The notes under the pieces are model-generated. The model was not told the DNA's origin and did not search any database. It worked only from the letters and a program-made list of their open reading frames with translations. Shown in pieces: positions 1-8,497 of a stretch of DNA of 64,000 nucleotides (position 1 is the first letter of the stretch; each line of letters begins with the position of its first letter). Origin of the DNA: Patescibacteria group bacterium (GTDB taxonomy: Bacteria > Patescibacteriota > Patescibacteriia > WFTA01 > S139-112); assembly GCA_015485695.1 (NCBI GenBank), contig WFTB01000006.1:14334-78333 (forward strand), written 5' to 3'. Made by a program: the position numbers and the translations under genes.

Positions 1-1
1 G

Positions 2-256
2 GCTGAAATGGTGGAGACCGGAGATGACCCGGAGCATATAGTTGAATCTCGCAGACTTGAACAAACGTCCGATGCCGATGAGCTCGAGAGAATGATAGTG
101 AGAGTAATTGAAGCGCATCCGGACGAGGTTGCAAAATACAAAGACGGCAAACGCGAACTTATCAAATTCTTCGTCGGACAAGTAATGAAAGAATCAAAAG
201 GAACGGCGAACCCCGGACTTGTCGCCGATATATTGAAAAGCATGCTTGACAAATAA
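2..256 (+). CDS. gatB: Asp-tRNA(Asn)/Glu-tRNA(Gln) amidotransferase subunit B, C-terminal part (5' truncated by window edge)
   Basis: YqeY-like tail ...VIEAHPDEVAKYKDGKRELIKFFVGQVMKESKGTANP is typical of the GatB C-terminus; frame is open from base 2. Confidence 0.9.
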   Translation, partial: AEMVETGDDPEHIVESRRLEQTSDADELERMIVRVIEAHPDEVAKYKDGKRELIKFFVGQVMKESKGTANPGLVADILKSMLDK

Positions 257-309
257 CGATTGCGTTAAATATTCGCGCATATGTTGTGTTTTATTTTCGT
301 TTTTAAAAT

Positions 310-3300
310 ATGAAAAATCCCGAACGAACAGAAAGAGAAACATGGACGAAAGAAGAGCGTTCTCGGGTAATGTACATTCGCGAGAGTTTGGGATTGAATT
401 CTCGCGATATTCCAAGGCGTGTTGTGCATGAAAAGACGGAAGACATAGTGTATTTGAGTTCGGAAACCCACAAATACATCAATGACGAGATTCTCAGTGT
501 AAACGAAAAGTTGCAAAAAGCGGTCTTTGGTGATTTTTCGTATGAGAACGGCAAATCCGAGAAAATTGATGTTGATAAACAAAAAAAATTAATCGAAGAA
601 ACAATAAATTCGGCGCTTGATAAATCTTGCGATAGTGAGAATTTTAAAAAAAGAATTGAATCGTTAAAATCAGTGATTGCCATTCCACCGGCTCTTGAAA
701 ATGTTCTTGTCGCAATTCAAAAAACAATCAGTGAATACGACAATGAGTTGAGCGGTGATGAAAGTGAAAAATTGAGAACTATTATTAAGGATATTATAAG
801 TTTGCAGGATTATGCGACGAATCTTTTATTTGAATCAAAGTACAATGAGATGACACGTCTGTTGAGCCGACATGGTATGTCAGAGTCGATCGGAGGAATT
901 ATACGACGATCGGAAAAAGGAGAGTTTGCGCGAATCAAACTGCTTGAAATCGTTGAACAAAAAGAAGAAATAGAAAAAGAAAAACTAATACGCATTCTTG
1001 AGTCTTTGGTGGGAGCGGATTCATATAAGTTGGCTGAAGGAAATTACAGATACAATATCAGGAAGTATGTGGAAATCACACCCGAGTTGCAAAAAACCAA
1101 TCTGAAATTGTATGTTTTTGATATTGACTATTTTACCGCTTTTAACGATTTGGGACATAAGTTTGGGGATTTGGCGTTGAAAAAATTGTCCCTGAGCGTA
1201 CTCAGCATAAAATCAAACATATTGCGAAACTTTTTCGATGACCGTGATTATGGCGAAAACGACAAAAAAAGAATTGCCAAATCGTTTGTAATGGATGTCT
1301 ATCGATGGGGCGGTGAAGAGTTTGTGATGTCCATGGATATACCCTCGGAAATGGAAGATTGGTTCGCAAATCGCAATTTGTTTGATGACGACAACGCGGA
1401 AGAAACCGTCACTCGACGCATAGGAGCTTACTTGCAAAATCAAGTAAACTTGGCATTTACGGAGATAATACAAGCTGTCGATGATATTGAAGGCGACGGT
1501 TTCTGCCAGAGAGTGTTTAATCGCCACCTGACTCAAAAGAGAAGAGGTGAATTTAACGCGACGCACTATGATTATAGTGATGATGAGCAAGAAAACCTTA
1601 AATTGTTGGAGAAAGCCAAACAACACGTCACAAAAAATATAGTCCAATATATAAAATTACAAAAACAAGAAGTTCGACAATCGCTTCAAAACCTTAGTGA
1701 TTCCTTGTTTTCAGGTGTTGAAACAATTTTCGAACTTGAACGGAATATTCACTTGTTTTTTCATAGCGAACCTATTCAAGACATGTATCGTGATAAGATT
1801 GCCGAGTTTTTAAAAAGTGTTAAGAAAAATGAATCGGGTTCTGACAGTCACGGAAACACGGAAGAAGCAGATTCGAAAGAATCGAGCGCGATGAATAAAG
1901 ATTATGTAATAAAAGAGCTGACCGGATACATTGAATTGAATTCTGAAGAGGCAGATGATTTTGAATCGGTGATTAATGGAGTAGTTGATGAATTAATGAC
2001 TTCGATGCCGATTAAAAAGACATACTTGAAATATGAATTGACCGCCTTGTTTGAAGGAGCGGATTCCGCCAAAGATATAGCGATAATTTTATATGATTTT
2101 TATCGTCGTGATATTATTAACGCGAACGAGCGTATGATAAGTCGCAAGCTCAAAGAAGAAATCCTGTATAAAGAATCATACAAATCATTGTTAAACAAAA
2201 TTAAAAACGAAAAATTAACACCCGAAGCGCTGTTAAACAGAGACAATACGCCTTCTTATGTTTTTAACACATTATATGAATTGTACATAAAGCCTGTTCG
2301 TGATATTCAAGAATTAAAGAACAGATATAAAACAATCAAACAAGAAAGCGGTGGCAACGCATCAGATAACGATTCGGTTATTCGCGAAATCCGGCTGGAG
2401 GTTATTGAGATTGTGAACAATATGTTGCAAATGCATAACGGCGAAACCGTATTTTCCAAATCATTGTTAGATTCGAGTGAATTCGAATCGGATTTTATCG
2501 ATAATGCGTTAAACAGCCCAAATAAAATTGATAATGAAAGTTTTGAAAAACTGCTTTCATGCGTAGACGAATCTGTAAAAAATAATAATAGTATATTCAA
2601 TACAGTTAATGACGTTTTGGGTGGCATTCAAGTCAATGTTGGAACATTGTCTGTGGTGACGGACGAGATTGAGTTTGACGTTATGCCGGTTTCGAATGAT
2701 TATCTTGATGAGATAAGTACATATTACAAATTTTCCAATCTAAGCGAAATACTGTCGGATGAAAATCTGACTGAAAAATTCGGCTCATTGGATGTTACTC
2801 TCGAAGAGGTTGTTGATAGACAATTTGCTTGGAATACCCATGATTACATTGAAGAGTACGGTCATGATATTGAGGCTATAAAACAATCACTTAAAAAAGC
2901 AATCGGTGTTGATACCGGAAGAACCATAAAAGATATAGCGCAAGGAATAAAGAGCGTGGTTGAACACGAAAAAAATCATGGCGCTCAGTACGCGTCTTCG
3001 TTTGAAGAATTCAGGCGGGATTTGAACGCCATAACCATGGCTATTCGCGGTGTCTATGACAGGAAAATACTTAAAGCTCATTCTGACAAAATTGAAGAAA
3101 GTAAAATAAAAGATTTGCGAGAGCAAAAAAAGAATACTCTTTCCGATATCGGCGAGTTCATTAAGTGGGTGTATGTTATGCGCGCGGATGAATTGATTGA
3201 CACATTGTTTGAAAGAGTAGAAGAAGCAAAAAGAAAGGGAAAAAAGAATAATGTTTACGGCGGTATAAAGCCGGTTAAAATTTCGGAAATAGAGGAAAAG

Positions 3301-4464
3301 AGAAATTTTACTTTACCTACCGATAATCTTAAAAAATCCGACTATAGCTCGGCGGAAACGGTCGATAAAATATCAGAAAAGCGTAAAGAAGAATGGCCTT
3401 ATCTGAAACGTCTGGACGAAGAGCATCGGGGTATCGTGGGCAAAGCAGGTGAAATTTTAGTATCTTACAACCCGGGTGAATCAGAAGAGCTCAATCGTGT
3501 ACTGGGTGAATTCGCAAGCCATGTAAATCGATGTACTAGAGGGGCAAAACTTCGTTTGTTGGTGGATAAACTGACGGGAGCGTTTAACGACTTTGGGTTT
3601 AGAGAGTTGGGACAGAAGATGTTCGATATAATCAAAGAAAACCACATGGAGAAGCCGAAAGAGCGAACTCCCGAGAATCGTTATGGATTTGACGATTTTA
3701 CGGTTGTTGCTCCTGATCAAGACTTGTTTAAAGCGTTCAATGAAGGTGTATCGCACAAAGCCGGTGACGTAGTATTGCGAAATATAAGTATATTTTTTTA
3801 TGAACGAATGTTAGATCCTAACGAGGTGTCAAAAGAGTATGAGAATTGGCTCAATGATTATCGAAGATCTCTTTCTGAAAAATACGGCACGGATTTGACG
3901 CAAGATCAGCTCAAAAATATATTTCCGACTTATTTCAGGATAGGCGGTGAAGAATCCATAGTGATTATACAGGGACTCAGTAGCAGAGAGTCCGCGGGGC
4001 TTGTTGAATCTTTAAATTCAATGATTAAAAGTTTCAATTCAAAATCCATAAAAAAAGAAGAACTCAATCCGCGAATTTCTAAATACCTTGAAAGAGAGAA
4101 AGGTGTTTCGAAAGAACAAGCAACGATTCTGGCGGAAAAAGTCGGAGGATTCACAAGCGGTTTGATTTCGTATTCGGATTTAGAACATATAATAGAATCG
4201 TATACAGGAGGAAAAACACGCGACGAAGAAAAAGAACGAGTATTGTACGAATTTCTTCATATCGGACATTTGCGTCAGATAGCCGATGAATTGGGAGGTA
4301 TTCAAAAAAAATTGGAACGTGGAAAAGCTCTTGGCATGTGGACGCTTTTGGAAGCGTATAAATTAGAGCACACAAAAACGCAATTTATGGAAATAATAGA
4401 AAAAATTCTCAAACAAATAACACCGGACGGTTATGATTTGGAGAAACTTAAAAGCGTTTCATAA
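310..4464 (+). CDS. Large cytoplasmic protein with two GGDEF (diguanylate cyclase-like) domains
   Basis: 1384-aa ORF. Domain 1: YVFDIDYFTAFNDLGHKFGDLAL...YRWGGEEF (GGEEF at 1309-1323). Domain 2: DKLTGAFN...DQDLFKAFNEGVSHKAGDVVL...FRIGGEES (3943-3957). No hydrophobic TM segment seen. Confidence 0.8.
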   Translation: MKNPERTERETWTKEERSRVMYIRESLGLNSRDIPRRVVHEKTEDIVYLSSETHKYINDEILSVNEKLQKAVFGDFSYENGKSEKIDVDKQKKLIEETINSALDKSCDSENFKKRIESLKSVIAIPPALENVLVAIQKTISEYDNELSGDESEKLRTIIKDIISLQDYATNLLFESKYNEMTRLLSRHGMSESIGGIIRRSEKGEFARIKLLEIVEQKEEIEKEKLIRILESLVGADSYKLAEGNYRYNIRKYVEITPELQKTNLKLYVFDIDYFTAFNDLGHKFGDLALKKLSLSVLSIKSNILRNFFDDRDYGENDKKRIAKSFVMDVYRWGGEEFVMSMDIPSEMEDWFANRNLFDDDNAEETVTRRIGAYLQNQVNLAFTEIIQAVDDIEGDGFCQRVFNRHLTQKRRGEFNATHYDYSDDEQENLKLLEKAKQHVTKNIVQYIKLQKQEVRQSLQNLSDSLFSGVETIFELERNIHLFFHSEPIQDMYRDKIAEFLKSVKKNESGSDSHGNTEEADSKESSAMNKDYVIKELTGYIELNSEEADDFESVINGVVDELMTSMPIKKTYLKYELTALFEGADSAKDIAIILYDFYRRDIINANERMISRKLKEEILYKESYKSLLNKIKNEKLTPEALLNRDNTPSYVFNTLYELYIKPVRDIQELKNRYKTIKQESGGNASDNDSVIREIRLEVIEIVNNMLQMHNGETVFSKSLLDSSEFESDFIDNALNSPNKIDNESFEKLLSCVDESVKNNNSIFNTVNDVLGGIQVNVGTLSVVTDEIEFDVMPVSNDYLDEISTYYKFSNLSEILSDENLTEKFGSLDVTLEEVVDRQFAWNTHDYIEEYGHDIEAIKQSLKKAIGVDTGRTIKDIAQGIKSVVEHEKNHGAQYASSFEEFRRDLNAITMAIRGVYDRKILKAHSDKIEESKIKDLREQKKNTLSDIGEFIKWVYVMRADELIDTLFERVEEAKRKGKKNNVYGGIKPVKISEIEEKRNFTLPTDNLKKSDYSSAETVDKISEKRKEEWPYLKRLDEEHRGIVGKAGEILVSYNPGESEELNRVLGEFASHVNRCTRGAKLRLLVDKLTGAFNDFGFRELGQKMFDIIKENHMEKPKERTPENRYGFDDFTVVAPDQDLFKAFNEGVSHKAGDVVLRNISIFFYERMLDPNEVSKEYENWLNDYRRSLSEKYGTDLTQDQLKNIFPTYFRIGGEESIVIIQGLSSRESAGLVESLNSMIKSFNSKSIKKEELNPRISKYLEREKGVSKEQATILAEKVGGFTSGLISYSDLEHIIESYTGGKTRDEEKERVLYEFLHIGHLRQIADELGGIQKKLERGKALGMWTLLEAYKLEHTKTQFMEIIEKILKQITPDGYDLEKLKSVS

Positions 4465-5437
4465 ATTCGCGCGTTAAACGTGTGGCGTGAGAGCTATTTT
4501 CAATCCACCAAATTGTCCGGTCACGTTTGAACCATTTCATTTGTCGCCTGGCGAATTGTCTTGTATGCAGTTTAATAAGACTTACGGCCTCTTCGAGGCT
4601 CGTTTTTTCGTTTAGATAATCGATTATTTCTCGATAACCGATTCCGGACATTGCTGGCAAGTTTGGCGGATATTTTTCAATCAATTCTCGCACTTCGTTT
4701 ACAAGACCCGCCTCCACCATATTGTCAACGCGAGCGTTGATTCGGTTTTCGAGTTCTTCTTTTTCCACTTTCAGACCAATCCGTAATACGTTGTATTTCG
4801 GCTCGCCCTTCACGCGAAGTTCCGAGAGTTTCTTCCCGGTTGTGCGGATTACTTCAAGCGCGCGAATGATTCTCCGGGGATTGTGGCTTTCGACAAACTT
4901 CGAAGCGTCCGGGTCTTTATCTAGCAACTCTTGATAGAGTTGTCGAATAGTAACTTCGTTATTCTTGATTCTCAATTCTTGGTTCTGCCGAAACTGTAAG
5001 TCCGGCTTTGCTTCGGGAATACTTAGATTATCTACAATGGCTGATATGTAAAATCCCGTTCCGCCGACGAGAAAGGGGATATGGTTATTTGCGTAAATTC
5101 TGTCTATACACACTTCAGCAAGTTGTTTGAAATGAGATACGGTAAACTCTTCGTCGGGACGCGCAACATCAAACATATAGTGGGAGATAGACTCGATATC
5201 AAAAACGGGGATGTTAAATTCCGCCTTGTCTTTTGTCGTATGTTTTAATGTTTTCACGTTCTTGTGTAAAGTCGGTTTCGCGGTTCCGATATCCATGCCT
5301 TTGTAAATCTGCCGAGAATCCGCCGAAACAATCTCTCCGCCAAACTCCTTGGCAAGCGATATCCCCAATTCAGTCTTACCCGACGCGGTCGGTCCAAGGA
5401 TGGTGATAAGTATCGGTTTGTTTCGTGTATTGGACAT
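4448..5437 (-). CDS. miaA: tRNA dimethylallyltransferase
   Basis: GPTASGKT P-loop, SADSRQIYKGMDIGTAKP, VGGTGFY, NPRRIIRALEV, GIGYRE, TRQFARRQMKWF. Confidence 0.97.
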   Translation of the reverse strand: MSNTRNKPILITILGPTASGKTELGISLAKEFGGEIVSADSRQIYKGMDIGTAKPTLHKNVKTLKHTTKDKAEFNIPVFDIESISHYMFDVARPDEEFTVSHFKQLAEVCIDRIYANNHIPFLVGGTGFYISAIVDNLSIPEAKPDLQFRQNQELRIKNNEVTIRQLYQELLDKDPDASKFVESHNPRRIIRALEVIRTTGKKLSELRVKGEPKYNVLRIGLKVEKEELENRINARVDNMVEAGLVNEVRELIEKYPPNLPAMSGIGYREIIDYLNEKTSLEEAVSLIKLHTRQFARRQMKWFKRDRTIWWIENSSHATRLTREFMKRF

Positions 5438-5502
5438 ATTACACAGTATACGCTAAGATGAGCGGAAAAACAAAAATTTTTTAACAAAAAATAGGAGGCG
5501 TT

Positions 5503-6165
5503 ATGAAACGCAATCTAGGTGCCGTGATAGGTGCCGGATTGTTCGGCGCCTTCTATTTTGTGGGTACCTGGTACCCTCCAGAATTAATTCCCTACACACT
5601 TTTTTATGTGGCGGGGATGGACGATGTTTGGGCTATTGCCCTTATCATCGCGATATATTCCATCATTATTAATGGGGGAAAAATAATTTTTGGAGCGATC
5701 GCTTTAAAGCGAATCGCTCCCAAGGGGGTCAGGAGTTTGTACATGAGCAGTGGAGTGTACAAGCTGAAGAACAGACTCAATGTGCGATTTTCGTACATTG
5801 AGTCAATCAAATCATTGAGGCGGTTTCAGACCGTGACCGCTTTGATGATAACCCAATTCATTTTCATGGTCATCTTGGTGCGTGTTATTAATGCGCCAAG
5901 ATTCATGAAAAAGATTTGGGGGTCTGTCACCAGAACGTACAATGTTGCATTGTACGTGACGGTGGAAATGACAAACAGCAAGTCGCCGGCTAAGCGTCTG
6001 CTTGGCTACGTCATGCTGTTTGTTTACGGTTTTACCCCGGGCATTACAACGGTCGGGTTGGTGATTGCGATTTTGAATCGCAATCGAACCGCCCAAGCGG
6101 TTGTTGTGCTCGGGGACTTGTTGCGCCTATACCTATTCGTAATATCAGGTGTATGGCGCAACTAA
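5503..6165 (+). CDS. Hypothetical integral membrane protein
   Basis: 220-aa ORF with several hydrophobic segments, preceded by a clear AGGAGG Shine-Dalgarno. Confidence 0.7.
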   Translation: MKRNLGAVIGAGLFGAFYFVGTWYPPELIPYTLFYVAGMDDVWAIALIIAIYSIIINGGKIIFGAIALKRIAPKGVRSLYMSSGVYKLKNRLNVRFSYIESIKSLRRFQTVTALMITQFIFMVILVRVINAPRFMKKIWGSVTRTYNVALYVTVEMTNSKSPAKRLLGYVMLFVYGFTPGITTVGLVIAILNRNRTAQAVVVLGDLLRLYLFVISGVWRN

Positions 6166-6387
6166 GAGAGGAACTAACACAAAGTTGGTTGCTCTCTTTT
6201 TTATACCAATACCGCTTGTTTATCCGTGTATGTTTTACCTGTTCGTCAAAGTTTGCGCCGGACTTTTGTTTGAGTTTTTTCGCTCTTTTTCTCAACGTTC
6301 GGATTTGGTTAGTTTGTTCTGTGGCATAAATAATTTTAAATTGCAAAATTCAAATCGCATATTTAAAACAGCAAATTCAAAAAACAC

Positions 6388-7929
6388 CTAAACAATCCTT
6401 CCGGCGAGAGACCAGGGTGTTGCTTCGGATATTTTTATTTGTATGAAATTTCCAATCAGCTCTTCGGGTTTGTTATCGTCTGTTTTTAGTTTAACGTTTT
6501 TATTTGTTCCTGTCCTACCGAATATGCCACGGTCATTGGCATGAGTGACAAGTACACGGACGTCCTTGTCGAGATAGGTTTGGTTGTACGCGAGGGCTGT
6601 TTGTCTAAGGATTTCGTTTAGATCTTTTTCGCGTTGTTTTTTCACTTCTGCCGGCACATTATCATCGAGTGTTTGCTCGGCCTTGGTTCCCGGGCGAGGG
6701 GAGTATGAGGCGATAAACGCCATGTCGTATTTCGCCTCTTTGAACAATGCTTCGGTCTGCGCGTATTCTTCATCGGTTTCACCGCAGAAACCGACTATGC
6801 AATCGGTGGTTACCGATACGCCCGGAATTCGATTTCGAATCTTGCGTATGATCTGCAAATATTCTTCTATTGTGTATGGGCGCAACATTTTTTTGAGCAC
6901 CGCATTCGAGCCGGCTTGAACCGGAAGGTGCACATGAGCCGGGATTTTGTCAGAGCGAACAATGGTTTCGATGAGTTCATCCGAAAACCACTTCGGATGA
7001 GATGATGTAAAACGAAGCCAAAAGTCTCCTTGTATCGCGTTTATCACTGCAAGCAGATGATGAAACTTGAACCATTTGTGTGTGCAGAGAGTTTCATCGG
7101 TTAGCTCAGGTATGTCTTCTCTCGTCTTTCCGTGTTTTTTCAGCGTGTTGTCTATGAATGATATGAGAGAGTCGTCGGCTTTGACCATGTACTTGTTTAC
7201 AATTTGTCCAAGAAGAGTTATTTCTTTGTACTTGCGCGAGATAAGACTCTCGACTTCCGTTATTATCTCTTCCGGTTTGCGCGACACCTCGCGTCCTCGT
7301 GTGTAGGGGACCGCGCAATATGTGCAAAAAGCGTTGCACCCGGTCATTATTGGCACGAACGCAGAAAACTTATTTGAATATTTCGGCATTGCCTGCAAAT
7401 AATGTTCTTCCGCTCCGGGGATTTGGCTTATCGGGTTCAATGGTTTGCCGCTTTTTGTTTGGGTGTCGTCGTCTTTTTTTGAGTATTCTATTTGTCGGTC
7501 GGATTTTAATTCTTTTACCGTTGGAAGTTGTGCTTTTTTTGTCGATGTTTTAACTTGGGTTTTAGGTGGCATCTTTAGAATCTTTTCCATCATTACAGGA
7601 AGTTTGAGCAAATCTTTCATCGGAAACCACAAATCAAACTTCGCCGCAAACAACGGTCTGTCGGACGGAAGAACGCATCCGGTCAACGCGGTGTAAAGCG
7701 GGCGATTCGGCCTTGTTTGTTTGAGCTTGTCAAGCTCTTTTAGCTTGCCCCATATTCGGTCTATGGCTTTTTGCCTTACCGAACAAGCGTTTATTATCAC
7801 AACATCGGCATTTTGTTCTTCGTCGGCACAGTTCATTCCGTGTTTTTCGAGCACTCCGGACATCCTCTCCGAATCGGAGTGGTTCATTTGGCAACCCAAT
7901 GTGATTATGTGGTATTTCAAGTCTTTCAT
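6388..7929 (-). CDS. miaB: tRNA-2-methylthio-N6-dimethylallyladenosine synthase (radical SAM methylthiotransferase)
   Basis: TLGCQMNHSDSE, NACSVRQKA, radical SAM GCNAFCTYCAVPYTRGRE, LPVQAGS, YSPRPGT, C-terminal TRAM domain; start chosen at MKDLKYH. Confidence 0.95.
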   Translation of the reverse strand: MKDLKYHIITLGCQMNHSDSERMSGVLEKHGMNCADEEQNADVVIINACSVRQKAIDRIWGKLKELDKLKQTRPNRPLYTALTGCVLPSDRPLFAAKFDLWFPMKDLLKLPVMMEKILKMPPKTQVKTSTKKAQLPTVKELKSDRQIEYSKKDDDTQTKSGKPLNPISQIPGAEEHYLQAMPKYSNKFSAFVPIMTGCNAFCTYCAVPYTRGREVSRKPEEIITEVESLISRKYKEITLLGQIVNKYMVKADDSLISFIDNTLKKHGKTREDIPELTDETLCTHKWFKFHHLLAVINAIQGDFWLRFTSSHPKWFSDELIETIVRSDKIPAHVHLPVQAGSNAVLKKMLRPYTIEEYLQIIRKIRNRIPGVSVTTDCIVGFCGETDEEYAQTEALFKEAKYDMAFIASYSPRPGTKAEQTLDDNVPAEVKKQREKDLNEILRQTALAYNQTYLDKDVRVLVTHANDRGIFGRTGTNKNVKLKTDDNKPEELIGNFIQIKISEATPWSLAGRIV

Positions 7930-8271
7930 ACCGTATGATTCTAGCAACATTGTTTGTTGAATACAAGCCAATGTGACATACGTTTGAGTGAACGCTTTTT
8001 TGCGTTCAAGAACTTAGAAACAACCCAAAAACCCCTCACCTCCCGAAAAATAATCTTTTCCCCGAAAATACTCTTTAGCTTTCATAAACGATATTCCTAT
8101 ATCGCTTCCTAAAGCTCCAGACTTTTGCGGAAAAAACTCTATTTTTTAACTTGCAAAGACTTTTTAGGCGGTTTCTTCTAAAAATTTTGAAGTAATCAGA
8201 TTGCGTGCTCCTGTTTTTGATTTTTGGATTTTTTTATTGCTAATACAATACGGAAAAACACCTGTTTTGGA

Positions 8272-8300
8272 TTGACTTTTGCCCAAAATTGTGCTACTAT
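8272..8300 (+). promoter_or_regulatory. Sigma70-type promoter upstream of the DUF5667 gene
   Basis: TTGACT-17 bp-TACTAT with a TGn extended -10. Confidence 0.6.
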
Positions 8301-8497
8301 TGACAATAGTACGGCGAGTTTGGTCCTTTTCGCGCCCATGCTCCCTCATTACAAAAAACAAAAAGTCGCTCTTTTGATTTTGGCATGACTGCCGAAGTTC
8401 AATTGAAACAAAAATAAAAATAAAAGAACGCGTACTTGTGTCTTTGCGTGTCTATTAGCGCGCAAACCTTAATGTGAGTCCGTTCGCTTGTCTTATT

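Noticed and set aside
7060-7590. Insertions in MiaB (Lys-rich linker and ~35-aa loop) as possible inteins or mobile inserts
   Set aside because: Short, low-complexity, in loop positions and without splicing motifs; most likely ordinary lineage-specific loops.
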